Assembly: GCA_046758445.1 (NCBI GenBank)
Contig: JBHIAE010000002.1
Span: forward strand, 48,994-72,993
Direction of reading: 5' to 3'
Length of the DNA stretch: 24,000 nt
Source: Candidatus Thorarchaeota archaeon
GTDB taxonomy: Archaea > Asgardarchaeota > Thorarchaeia > Thorarchaeales > Thorarchaeaceae
Of this stretch, positions 8,010 to 14,782 are shown piece by piece. Both the position numbers and the translations under genes were made by a program. The first letter of the stretch is position 1, and each line of letters starts with the position of its first letter. The notes beneath the pieces are model-generated. The model had not been told where the DNA came from. It did not search any database and saw only the letters and a list, made by a program, of their open reading frames with translations.

Positions 8010-8284
8010 CCGCCATGTACGAGTGGAAGAATGACCACTTCATCTCCTTCCTTCAACTTGGTTTCGAGCCCACCCGTAAGACCAATATCAATCTCATTGC
8101 AGAGTATAAGCGCTTCCCGGTCCATTGTTTCGGGGTCTGTCCAAACACTCCTGATGCCCTTCTCCTTGTCGATGAGTGTTTGGAGGAAACTTTGGAGATC
8201 CGTTCCTTCATCGACATCTACATGGTATTGCTGACTCCCCATCTGATGTGAAACTGGGCCACGAAACCTGACTTTGACTCTCAT
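8006..8284 (-). CDS. MoaD/ThiS-family ubiquitin-like small archaeal modifier protein (SAMP-type), C-terminal Gly-Gly
   Basis: It is 92 aa and ends ...KLKEGDEVVILPLVHGG-stop, the beta-grasp C-terminal pattern of MoaD/SAMP. Confidence 0.8.
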   Translation of the reverse strand: MRVKVRFRGPVSHQMGSQQYHVDVDEGTDLQSFLQTLIDKEKGIRSVWTDPETMDREALILCNEIDIGLTGGLETKLKEGDEVVILPLVHGG

Positions 8285-8394
8285 GACGAACGGAGCTGTA
8301 CCGATTCAGTTCTCAGATAAAGGAACCGGACCGCATGAATACCTTAGCTTCCCGAAGAGCAGTGGAACTCTCAGTCCATGCTAGTGTTTTGAGA

Positions 8395-9363
8395 TCACAA
8401 TCCAAATGATTGCTTCAACACTTCAGGATTGAGCCCACCGGCCTTGTACGTCTTTCCGTTGACTATATCGTTGATGGTTATCTCAGCCGGGCTGAACAGA
8501 TGAGGATCGACCTTGTAGAAGTCGAACTCGACGCTCTTGAACAGTTTGTAGAACGGTTTTCCGTAGTGGCTGGAAGCAGAAGATGGTGCCTTTTCAGTCA
8601 GTGCGACGAGGTCATCGTTCTCATCCGGTCTGATGAAATAGAAAGTCCTTCCACCGTATAGAATACAGTCATTAGCCACACCCATGGCTCTAAGGTCATT
8701 CTTGGCGACAGGACCGATCGGTGCCACACCGTGTCCTGTCCTTATCTTGTCTAAGTCGAGTCCAAGCTCATGTAGCTTGTGCACACCAGTTTCCACAATT
8801 CGGGCTGAGATTTGCACAGAACCTGCGATGCAGGCCGTAGGCGTCAACACACAGTACAAGTCCGAAGTCGAAACACCACACTTCTCTGCAATGAACTCGG
8901 TGGCGAACTCGGGAGGCGGTGTTCTGGTTTCAAGGACTATTACACCTACCTTTGCCTTGTCCTTGTAGTCAATCTCTTCATACAATTCCGTTTCAACCGC
9001 AGCAAGAGCCCTAGCTGGTCCAGAACCCATTGCTTCATATTTCTCATCGTCTGTCTTGGCCTTAACAGACCATCCGGCGTACTGGGATCCCATGGCCGCA
9101 ATCTTTGGATGGTCAGTGCTGACGACCACAGCTGGCAAAGTCATGTCGCCAATGTGCATGTGCGTGACTCTGACCGCACCCAGCCCGCCTAGACATATCT
9201 CTCCGACGAGTTTCCCAGCCTCGATTCCTCCTGGGGCTTCAATACCCGTATCAATGAGGGTTGCTCCGTTGCTTTGTTCTGTAACAGCACAGCCAAGCTC
9301 GTCTTTCTTGTTCAGCATCTCGTCAACAATCTCAAATGCTTTCTCGTTTACACTTGGATTCAT
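8395..9363 (-). CDS. mch: Methenyltetrahydromethanopterin cyclohydrolase
   Basis: Full-length colinear resemblance to Mch (MNPSVNEKA...LIDTGIEAPGG..AG....CLGGLG...). GAGGAA Shine-Dalgarno. It lies 12 nt downstream of fwdC. Confidence 0.92.
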   Translation of the reverse strand: MNPSVNEKAFEIVDEMLNKKDELGCAVTEQSNGATLIDTGIEAPGGIEAGKLVGEICLGGLGAVRVTHMHIGDMTLPAVVVSTDHPKIAAMGSQYAGWSVKAKTDDEKYEAMGSGPARALAAVETELYEEIDYKDKAKVGVIVLETRTPPPEFATEFIAEKCGVSTSDLYCVLTPTACIAGSVQISARIVETGVHKLHELGLDLDKIRTGHGVAPIGPVAKNDLRAMGVANDCILYGGRTFYFIRPDENDDLVALTEKAPSSASSHYGKPFYKLFKSVEFDFYKVDPHLFSPAEITINDIVNGKTYKAGGLNPEVLKQSFGL

Positions 9364-9375
9364 TATCTCGTTTCC

Positions 9376-10227
9376 TCAAAGCAAATGTTCGTTCTCAGAT
9401 CCTCGAAGATAGATCTCCACCTTAGGGTCGCCTTCTGCAAAATCACCCATGAACTTGACCCACTTCTCATTCCTTCCTATGCCGGCTAGGAAATCAGGCC
9501 TCCGAGTCTGCAGATATCTCAGGTAGTAGCCAGTGAACTCCCTCTCGGACTTTCCACTAAACTTGTAGGTGGGGAGTAGTGAGTCCATCTTTCCTAGGCA
9601 GAGTATCATTCCTTTTGTCGCCTCGACTCCTACACGCTCTGCCATGTCGCCCACTACAATGATCGTGCCCCCCTTCATTCTGACAGCTGCCAGTCTATCC
9701 ACATTGCCTCTCACAGCAATGAAGCCCTTCCGCATGTGTGACCCCATCTCTCGTCCCACGTTGCTCGCCACATAGACCCTGCCCCCCTTCATCCCATCGG
9801 TGCTTCCGCGGTAGCCTGCACAGAGGTAATCCGCGGCATCACCTTCAATCTGAATGTTACCTCCCTCAATCTCAGCGGCAGCCCATGGCCCAACGGAGCC
9901 CTTAACATGTATCCTTCCAGCAACCATCTCGGCTCCAAGATACATGCCTACATCACCCTCAACAGTGATTCTCCCACCATTCATGCCTTTGCCGATCATC
10001 TTCACTTTCTTTAGATTCCCGCTCACTGTGATCTCAGTTTCATCGGCAGAACTGCCAGCCTCTCCAGAAATATCGAAGAAGGTCTTCAACTCAAGAGTCT
10101 GGTTTCCTTGTAGAATTGGCAGTCTTCCAATCTCAGCGGCGCTCTTTCCAGCAAAGTGTGACGGAGTTATCGTGTCCGCCTCTAACGGAATGTCTGGCTC
10201 GTGGGTCAGCTTCAGATACACGGTCAT
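9376..10227 (-). CDS. fwdC: Formylmethanofuran dehydrogenase subunit C
   Basis: Has the repeated G-x-x-G beta-helix units (GGRITVEGDVGMYLGAEMVAGRIHVKGSVG..., GGNIQIEGDAADY, GGRVYVASNVG, GGTIIVVGDM) characteristic of FwdC/FmdC and the GltB C-terminal domain. Confidence 0.88.
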   Translation of the reverse strand: MTVYLKLTHEPDIPLEADTITPSHFAGKSAAEIGRLPILQGNQTLELKTFFDISGEAGSSADETEITVSGNLKKVKMIGKGMNGGRITVEGDVGMYLGAEMVAGRIHVKGSVGPWAAAEIEGGNIQIEGDAADYLCAGYRGSTDGMKGGRVYVASNVGREMGSHMRKGFIAVRGNVDRLAAVRMKGGTIIVVGDMAERVGVEATKGMILCLGKMDSLLPTYKFSGKSEREFTGYYLRYLQTRRPDFLAGIGRNEKWVKFMGDFAEGDPKVEIYLRGSENEHLL

Positions 10228-10383
10228 AGGTCAGACCTTCCCAGTGTCGCTTTTTGAAAACTTTCCACCTGATAAAAGCTCTGCACAGGTCATGTGGTTT
10301 GGCCTTACAGCTGGTAGTAACAAAGAAATAGCACAGTGCCGCAGCAATCAGCACGACTCTCAGCCGCTATTGTGGTGCGCAAG

Positions 10384-11280
10384 ATGGAGATTAACGGTGT
10401 ACCTATTGAGGACACGTTCGCAGAAGCATTCGGAATGCACATGAACAGGACCATCATCACTGCCTATGATCAGGAGTGGGCCTACACTACTGCTCTTGAA
10501 GCCACAGGGTTTGGCACTTCAGTGATCATGGCACCTGCAGAGGCCGGAATAGAGTATCTCTTAGGACCAGACGAAACCCCTGACGGCCGTCCTGGGGTGA
10601 GAGTCATATTCGCAGTGGGTTCGAAGAAGAAACTCGAGCCTCAGCTTCTAGCCCGACTTGGCCAGTGTGTACTAACCAGTCCGACGGCTTCAGCCTTTGA
10701 TGACACCCCTAATCCAAAGGAGCGCTACGTCATCGGAAAGAAGATCTCACTCTTTGGTGATGGATACCAAGTTAAGAAGGGGCCGATTGACGGGAGAGTC
10801 CTATGGTTCATACCTAGGATGAGTGGGACCTGTGTCATGCAAGACATGTTTGGCCGTGTGAAGGGTGTGGCGGGCGGAAACATCATTTATTGCTGCGAAG
10901 ACATTGAGAGTGGAATGAATAGCGGAAAGGCGGCAGTAAAGGCGATAGAGAAGGTAGAAGGCGCATACACTCCATTCCCTGGAGGCCTTGTAGGATCCGG
11001 GTCCAAACCCTCTTCGCGATACAAGGTACTCTTTGCCTCCACTAACGAGAAGTTCTGTCCTACCCTACGTGCCTTGGTTCCGGGCACGGAGGTTCCCAAG
11101 GGCAGCGAGTTTGTCCAGGAGATAGTCATCAACGGTCTGACAGAAAGGGCTGTCGCCAACGCTATGAAGGTCGCAATCGAAGAGGTCTGCAAACATCCTG
11201 GAATTACGAAGATGACCGCAGGGAACTACGGTGGCAAACTTGGACAATATCAGATTCGATTGCACAATCTGTTCAAATAG
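10384..11280 (+). CDS. ftr: Formylmethanofuran:tetrahydromethanopterin N-formyltransferase
   Basis: MEINGVPIEDTFAEAFGMHMNRTIITA is the canonical Ftr N-terminus. ATG 10384 is preferred over the ORF-track start at 10336. Confidence 0.92.
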   Translation: MEINGVPIEDTFAEAFGMHMNRTIITAYDQEWAYTTALEATGFGTSVIMAPAEAGIEYLLGPDETPDGRPGVRVIFAVGSKKKLEPQLLARLGQCVLTSPTASAFDDTPNPKERYVIGKKISLFGDGYQVKKGPIDGRVLWFIPRMSGTCVMQDMFGRVKGVAGGNIIYCCEDIESGMNSGKAAVKAIEKVEGAYTPFPGGLVGSGSKPSSRYKVLFASTNEKFCPTLRALVPGTEVPKGSEFVQEIVINGLTERAVANAMKVAIEEVCKHPGITKMTAGNYGGKLGQYQIRLHNLFK

Positions 11281-11315
11281 ATGACACGCAGGCCACCGCC
11301 GGCACTCCAATTACA

Positions 11316-11945
11316 TTAGAAACTCTTCATGACTTTCCTTGCTTTCTTGACCACTGACTTGACGTCACTTGACAAGAAAGGTTCCACAAACTTCTTGACT
11401 CTTGGTGCAAACTCAGGATTACCAACAAAGGGTTCCATGGCCTCTACGATGAAGCCAATGCGATTTCCCGGAAAGTACTCAGTCTGACTCAGGAGCATCT
11501 CAAGAATCTCTGATGCGGTTTCTGGGAAGGCCCCAGCTATCTTCGCCAACGCACGGACTGAATGTCCTTGAAGCACAATGCTCTTGTCGCTGAGAAAGTC
11601 CGCAATTCTCCCTATCAGGGCCGGAGTCTTGTTCTGCTTGTCAACCGATGCGAGGTTGCCAAGAGCACATACAGCTTCCCAGCGAAGAACGGGGGCTTGG
11701 GCCTCAAGATTTGCGACAAGGACCTCCACGTGGGGATAAAGGAGATCTGGCTTATCTCCAGAGAAAAGAGAGGCCAACTCTGCACACCCACTTTGCACTC
11801 TTCTCTCTTCAGAATCAAGAACTTTGATGATGTCGTCTAGATATGCTGTAGGCTTCTCTGAGATATGCATGTTATAGAGGTCCTTGGGTCTGGTTCCATC
11901 CTCCCACTTCCCGGCAAGCGCTCTGTGAATGTCGACCTTCGTCAT
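11316..11945 (-). CDS. All-alpha HEAT/ARM-like repeat protein, function unknown
   Basis: Has repeating helix-pair units (VRWEAVCALGNLA, VLQGHSVRALAKIA). GAGGAG Shine-Dalgarno lies 11 nt before the ATG. I recognise no catalytic motif. Confidence 0.5.
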   Translation of the reverse strand: MTKVDIHRALAGKWEDGTRPKDLYNMHISEKPTAYLDDIIKVLDSEERRVQSGCAELASLFSGDKPDLLYPHVEVLVANLEAQAPVLRWEAVCALGNLASVDKQNKTPALIGRIADFLSDKSIVLQGHSVRALAKIAGAFPETASEILEMLLSQTEYFPGNRIGFIVEAMEPFVGNPEFAPRVKKFVEPFLSSDVKSVVKKARKVMKSF

Positions 11946-12152
11946 ATGTCCGGCAACTCCTCAACTCGTGGTGTCTGACAGACCTGTCATATCATCATCA
12001 CATAAAGAGAACACTATCTTCATGAGCCGCTTCTGCTGTCACCTATATTGGAGATGTTGTTGATTTGGACATCTTCGTTCTATACTTACACACACCAAAT
12101 GACTCTGGGTGTTTAATACCTAATCATCTGAACTAGTATGAAAGGAGTGTGT

Positions 12153-12542
12153 ATGGACATCCCTTCAGCGAAAGACGATGACATGCCAATTGACTTTCAG
12201 CAGCGAAGAACGAAAGCCATGTTATGTCCAGATGAAGTCAGACGTCTATACTTTGATGAGGGTCTATCACAAAAACAGATAGCAGAGAGGGCAGGTTGGA
12301 AAACTGCACATCCAGTTCGGAGAATCTTCAATGAACAGGGTTGGATACCCCGTGTTCAGAGAGGAGGGGTTAGTCCACGCCATTTTAGGAATGATGAAGA
12401 AAGAAGACACGCTAGAAGTGAGCATAAGAAGAAATCAGCTCAAAGGATTAAGGATTTGAGAGAGAAACTGTTTGGAAAGGAATGCGGTCTATGTGGGGTG
12501 AGTAAAGAAGAGAAGATTCTTCCTGTTCATCGGAAAGATTGA
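12153..12542 (+). CDS. N-terminal fragment of an HTH + tandem-HNH nuclease-like gene; ends at in-frame TGA 12540-12542 (probable pseudogene fragment)
   Basis: Has the HTH LSQKQIAERAGWKTAHPVRRIF, then the first half of an HNH module (LFGKECGLCG...ILPVHRKD). ATG 12153 is preceded by AGGAG. The ORF-track start is 12138. Confidence 0.7.
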   Translation: MDIPSAKDDDMPIDFQQRRTKAMLCPDEVRRLYFDEGLSQKQIAERAGWKTAHPVRRIFNEQGWIPRVQRGGVSPRHFRNDEERRHARSEHKKKSAQRIKDLREKLFGKECGLCGVSKEEKILPVHRKD

Positions 12543-12572
12543 ACGAAACATGAAGAAGAAGCCCTTAGAAGA

Positions 12573-13055
12573 ATGGGTTTTCTCAAATCACTTGATCCCG
12601 AAGAATATGTAGCTCTGTGCACTTCCTGTCATCGCGGAGCCCATTGGCTAATGGAACAACACGGAATGAAATGGAGCGAAATCCACGATCACAGAGGAAG
12701 GAAACAGAAGGCCATCACACAGGCTAAGGAGAGAATAGACCTACCTGATAAGAATACGCCATCTTCTGACAGATATCGTGAACTACAAAAACAAGGAAAC
12801 AGCAATCTGGAAAATCTGCGATGTGAACTTTTCGGTGAGAGTTGTCATTTTTGCGGAACTCGTTCAACAGAGAAGAAGATTGTAGTTCATAGGAAGGATT
12901 TCCGACCGCACAACAAGAGATTACTCGAGTCAAAGAGGTATTTGCGGACGTTGAATCCGGACGATTGGGCAGCATTATGCAACAAGTGTCATCGCTATAC
13001 TCATTGGGCACACGAAATCCTAGGAATGGATAAGGACGACCTGAACTTGATGTAG
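12573..13055 (+). CDS. C-terminal fragment of the same gene: second half of HNH module 1 plus a complete HNH module 2
   Basis: It is in the same frame as the upstream ORF, and the 30 nt between them are open. It contains ALCTSCHRGAHW, then the complete module CHFCG...VVHRKD...ALCNKCHRYTHW. Confidence 0.7.
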   Translation: MGFLKSLDPEEYVALCTSCHRGAHWLMEQHGMKWSEIHDHRGRKQKAITQAKERIDLPDKNTPSSDRYRELQKQGNSNLENLRCELFGESCHFCGTRSTEKKIVVHRKDFRPHNKRLLESKRYLRTLNPDDWAALCNKCHRYTHWAHEILGMDKDDLNLM

Positions 13056-13102
13056 ACTGCGGAAGCTTTATCTCAGTCACACATTGGGTTTGCATCACGG
13101 AT

Positions 13103-13212
13103 GCCCCAGTAGCTCAGACCGGTTAGATCGCCTCCTTGGTAAGGAGGAGGCCGCGGGACTTCATGGACGTCTGCACCATGGAGCGCGAATTCGAATCCCG
13201 CCTGGGGCTCCA
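13103..13212 (+). tRNA. tRNA-Thr (anticodon GGU) with a 32-nt intron in the T-arm; CCA encoded
   Basis: Acceptor GCCCCAG/CTGGGGC. Anticodon arm CCTCC-TTGGTAA-GGAGG. The T-stem GCGGG (13153-13157) and TTCGAAT-CCCGC (13190-13201) are separated by the intron. Discriminator U73, then CCA. The D-stem has one C:U mismatch (GCTC/GATC). Confidence 0.85.
13158..13189 (+). other. Non-canonical tRNA intron (between nominal positions 53/54) in a bulge-helix-bulge motif
   Basis: A 4-bp helix (13152-13155 with 13184-13187) is flanked by the 3-nt bulges GGA (13156-13158) and AAT (13188-13190). The intron forms an 8-bp hairpin (13159-13166 with 13176-13183). Both cut sites inferred from the cloverleaf fall after the second bulge nucleotide. 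Confidence 0.8.
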
Positions 13213-13234
13213 CATCATACATGAGTCGATAATC

Positions 13235-13477
13235 CTACTCCAATTGATAATAGATGACCTCTGCAATCTTGTTTATCGGGACAATGACCCTAACTCTCTC
13301 AGTCTTGTGCCGTGATTTCTCATCCGTGTCGGCTGCCCTTTCGATCTCGATGTATTCCCTTCCGACGTGTTTGATGATACCCTCAACCGTCTTCAAGTGC
13401 AGATCGTCGGCGGTTGTATCTACTACGACCTTCACTACCACTGCAGCCTCCATAAGGTCCTGAAACTTGTTCATCAT
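13235..13477 (-). CDS. Hypothetical small protein (80 aa), possibly a small beta-barrel (Sm-like) fold
   Basis: The ORF shows alternating hydrophobic beta-like segments (VVVKVVVD, HLKTVEGIIKHVGREYIEIE, RVRVIVPINKIAEVIY). I recognise no family. Confidence 0.4.
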   Translation of the reverse strand: MMNKFQDLMEAAVVVKVVVDTTADDLHLKTVEGIIKHVGREYIEIERAADTDEKSRHKTERVRVIVPINKIAEVIYYQLE

Positions 13478-13616
13478 GGTTTGTTCACCTATTCAGTATT
13501 CAATAGTGTCCGAGGTCTGACTTATAGTTTGGCCAATGTGCGTTGACAACACTGGATTCAGACCATGTCAATGGATCGACCAAGTACGGATTGGTTGCCT
13601 TAGGCCGTGGGATTGA

Positions 13617-13982
13617 CTAGTCATAGTTAGTGGTCCAGTCCTTCACAATGTCCTCAGTGTGCAGGCTACTGTGGTTCTTCAGGCGTTCATCACTGCGAAG
13701 TCGGGTTAGAGATCTGATCACAAGATACATCCCTACTATCGCCAGCACCAGAATTCCAATAGATAGTCCGATGATGAAGCCCATTACTTCTATCATAGAG
13801 TAGTAGCTTGAAGTTGCTACGAGGATAGCTAGGAGTGACAAGGGAATTGTGAGAATTCCAATACCAGTGCGAAGCTCGGCCAAATGAGTCCTCTTCTCTG
13901 CTTCAATGGTCCTGATTATTGCCAATGCTGTCGTAAGGTCCAATAGTTCTTGATTCGATAGGTCTGATTCCAAGCAGATCAC
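13617..13982 (-). CDS. Small membrane protein, DUF202 (YidH)-like
   Basis: EAEKRTHLAELRTGIGIL resembles the ERTxLAWxRT motif of DUF202. Hydrophobic helices follow. GTG start lies 8 nt after the upstream ORF. Confidence 0.5.
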   Translation of the reverse strand: MICLESDLSNQELLDLTTALAIIRTIEAEKRTHLAELRTGIGILTIPLSLLAILVATSSYYSMIEVMGFIIGLSIGILVLAIVGMYLVIRSLTRLRSDERLKNHSSLHTEDIVKDWTTNYD

Positions 13983-13989
13983 ATTCTAT

Positions 13990-14199
13990 CTATGTCTTAT
14001 GGGTTCGTTTCTTTCGCAGTAGTCGACGAGCTTCTTCAGGCCCTACCAGGTCCGAGATCCTCTCGAGGGCCTCGTCTTCATCTAGCTCCTCAAGCCATTT
14101 CTCTATTTCTTGTCGGACCCCAGGTGACAGGTCCTTCGCATGCTTCTTTAGTCGACCTTTCTTGCCCTTGCCGAAGTCATCTGGTCCCAACAAGCTCAA
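13990..14199 (-). CDS. Hypothetical small highly charged protein (69 aa)
   Basis: The ORF is co-oriented with, and nearly abuts, the DUF202-like gene. It has a Lys-rich N-terminus and an acidic helix, with no recognisable motif. Confidence 0.35.
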   Translation of the reverse strand: MSLLGPDDFGKGKKGRLKKHAKDLSPGVRQEIEKWLEELDEDEALERISDLVGPEEARRLLRKKRTHKT

Positions 14200-14380
14200 T
14201 GTTTCTACACCTATGTCGCCAACCTACCATTTGGTTAAGACGCTTCCTCTTATGACACCACTCAGAAACGCAGGACCTTGTCCTGCTTCAGTCACGAGGT
14301 GGTCAGAGATGGGAATGCAGAGTCATGCATAGACTCTGAGTCTAGTGTGCGCTGAGGTGTGAATTGATACTGACATTCCA

Positions 14381-14397
14381 GAGATACTCTTATATCC
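14381..14397 (+). promoter_or_regulatory. Promoter-like element GAGATAC-TC-TTATATCC upstream of tRNA-Pro
   Basis: The TATA-like TTATAT (14390-14395) is centred about 31 nt before tRNA position 1, a spacing appropriate for an archaeal promoter with a short leader. Related boxes sit upstream of cdrS (ACATATCC, 4473-4480) and hppA (TTTACATATC, 20917-20926). Confidence 0.4.
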
Positions 14398-14423
14398 AAA
14401 GATGGCGGACCGTGCGACCGCAT

Positions 14424-14501
14424 GGGTCGGTGGTCTAGCTTGGCTATGATTCCTGGTTTGGGTCCAGGGGATCGTGAGTTCAAATCTCACCCGGCCCACC
14501 A
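14424..14501 (+). tRNA. tRNA-Pro (anticodon UGG), no intron, CCA encoded
   Basis: Acceptor GGGTCGG/CCGGCCC (one U:G pair). Anticodon arm CCTGG-TTTGGGT-CCAGG with G37. T-arm GTGAG-TTCAAAT-CTCAC. Discriminator A73, then CCA. Confidence 0.9.
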
Positions 14502-14610
14502 CACCTTTGGGTGATGACACGTCTAGACAAGTCTGGCCACAATACTATACGTCAACTGGAGAAGCAGACCTGACACCGACTAGTGCCGCTCAATACACAA
14601 AGTGTGTTAT

Positions 14611-14632
14611 GAGATACGAGAGTTTATATCCT
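14611..14632 (+). repeat. Second copy of the tRNA-Pro promoter-like motif (GAGATAC-GAGAGT-TTATATCC)
   Basis: It shares the 7-mer GAGATAC and the 8-mer TTATATCC with 14381-14397, but the spacer is 6 nt instead of 2. GGG follows 26 nt downstream, as it does at the genuine tRNA. Confidence 0.35.
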
Positions 14633-14742
14633 GTATTACTTATTATGTGTTACGCTTGGGATTCTGATAACCACGCATGAATTCGGAATCCACAAACAAG
14701 AAATGGTGTAGAGAGAGCTAAGAGGGATATTACTCTCCCTTG

Positions 14743-14782
14743 CGGAAATCGTGGTGCTGGCTTCAAATTGAGGAACGGCCCA
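14743..14782 (+). repeat. Decayed copy of the 3' half of tRNA-Pro (variable loop to discriminator)
   Basis: CGGAAATCGTGGTGCTGGCTTCAAATTGAGGAACGGCCCA is compared with the tRNA-Pro segment GGGGATCGTGAGTTCAAATCTCACCCGGCCCA (14467-14498). The blocks ATCGTG, TTCAAAT and CGGCCCA are shared in order. T-stem pairing is lost, so this copy is not functional. Confidence 0.45.

Noticed and set aside
10336-10383. Ftr N-terminal extension MPQQSARLSAAIVVRK
   Set aside because: Ftr proteins begin at MEINGV.... The extension lies in the divergent promoter spacer.
9854-10444. 196-aa plus-strand ORF spanning fwdC and the fwdC/ftr spacer
   Set aside because: It is antisense to the well-supported fwdC and is Pro/Ser-rich low complexity. 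The same reasoning rejects 8410-9412 (+) opposite mch, 16208-16627 (+) opposite pyrB, 21445-22713 (-) opposite hppA and 19244-20046 (+) opposite trm1.
12540-12542. The in-frame TGA read as selenocysteine or as a reassigned codon
   Set aside because: TGA terminates many well-conserved genes in this window at their expected ends, so there is no global reassignment. The aligned residue in the paralogous module is Phe, not a redox Cys. I saw no obvious SECIS-like element. Local recoding remains only a minor alternative under the main finding.
14511-14573. Possible C/D-box sRNA 9 nt after tRNA-Pro: GTGATGA (14511-14517) and CTGA (14570-14573), 63 nt overall
   Set aside because: I found no convincing internal D' or C' boxes at the expected spacing. 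The flanks (TTGG / CACC) do not form a terminal stem. A lone box pair of this kind is expected by chance, so it is worth no more than a quick look in small-RNA data.
14679-14692. GAATTCGGAATCC resembles GAATTCGAATCC at the intron/T-loop junction of tRNA-Thr (13187-13198), which could be an att-site remnant
   Set aside because: It is only about 12 nt with an indel. The similarity does not extend to the tRNA 3' end, as a real att duplication would. No integrase is present. This is compatible with chance.
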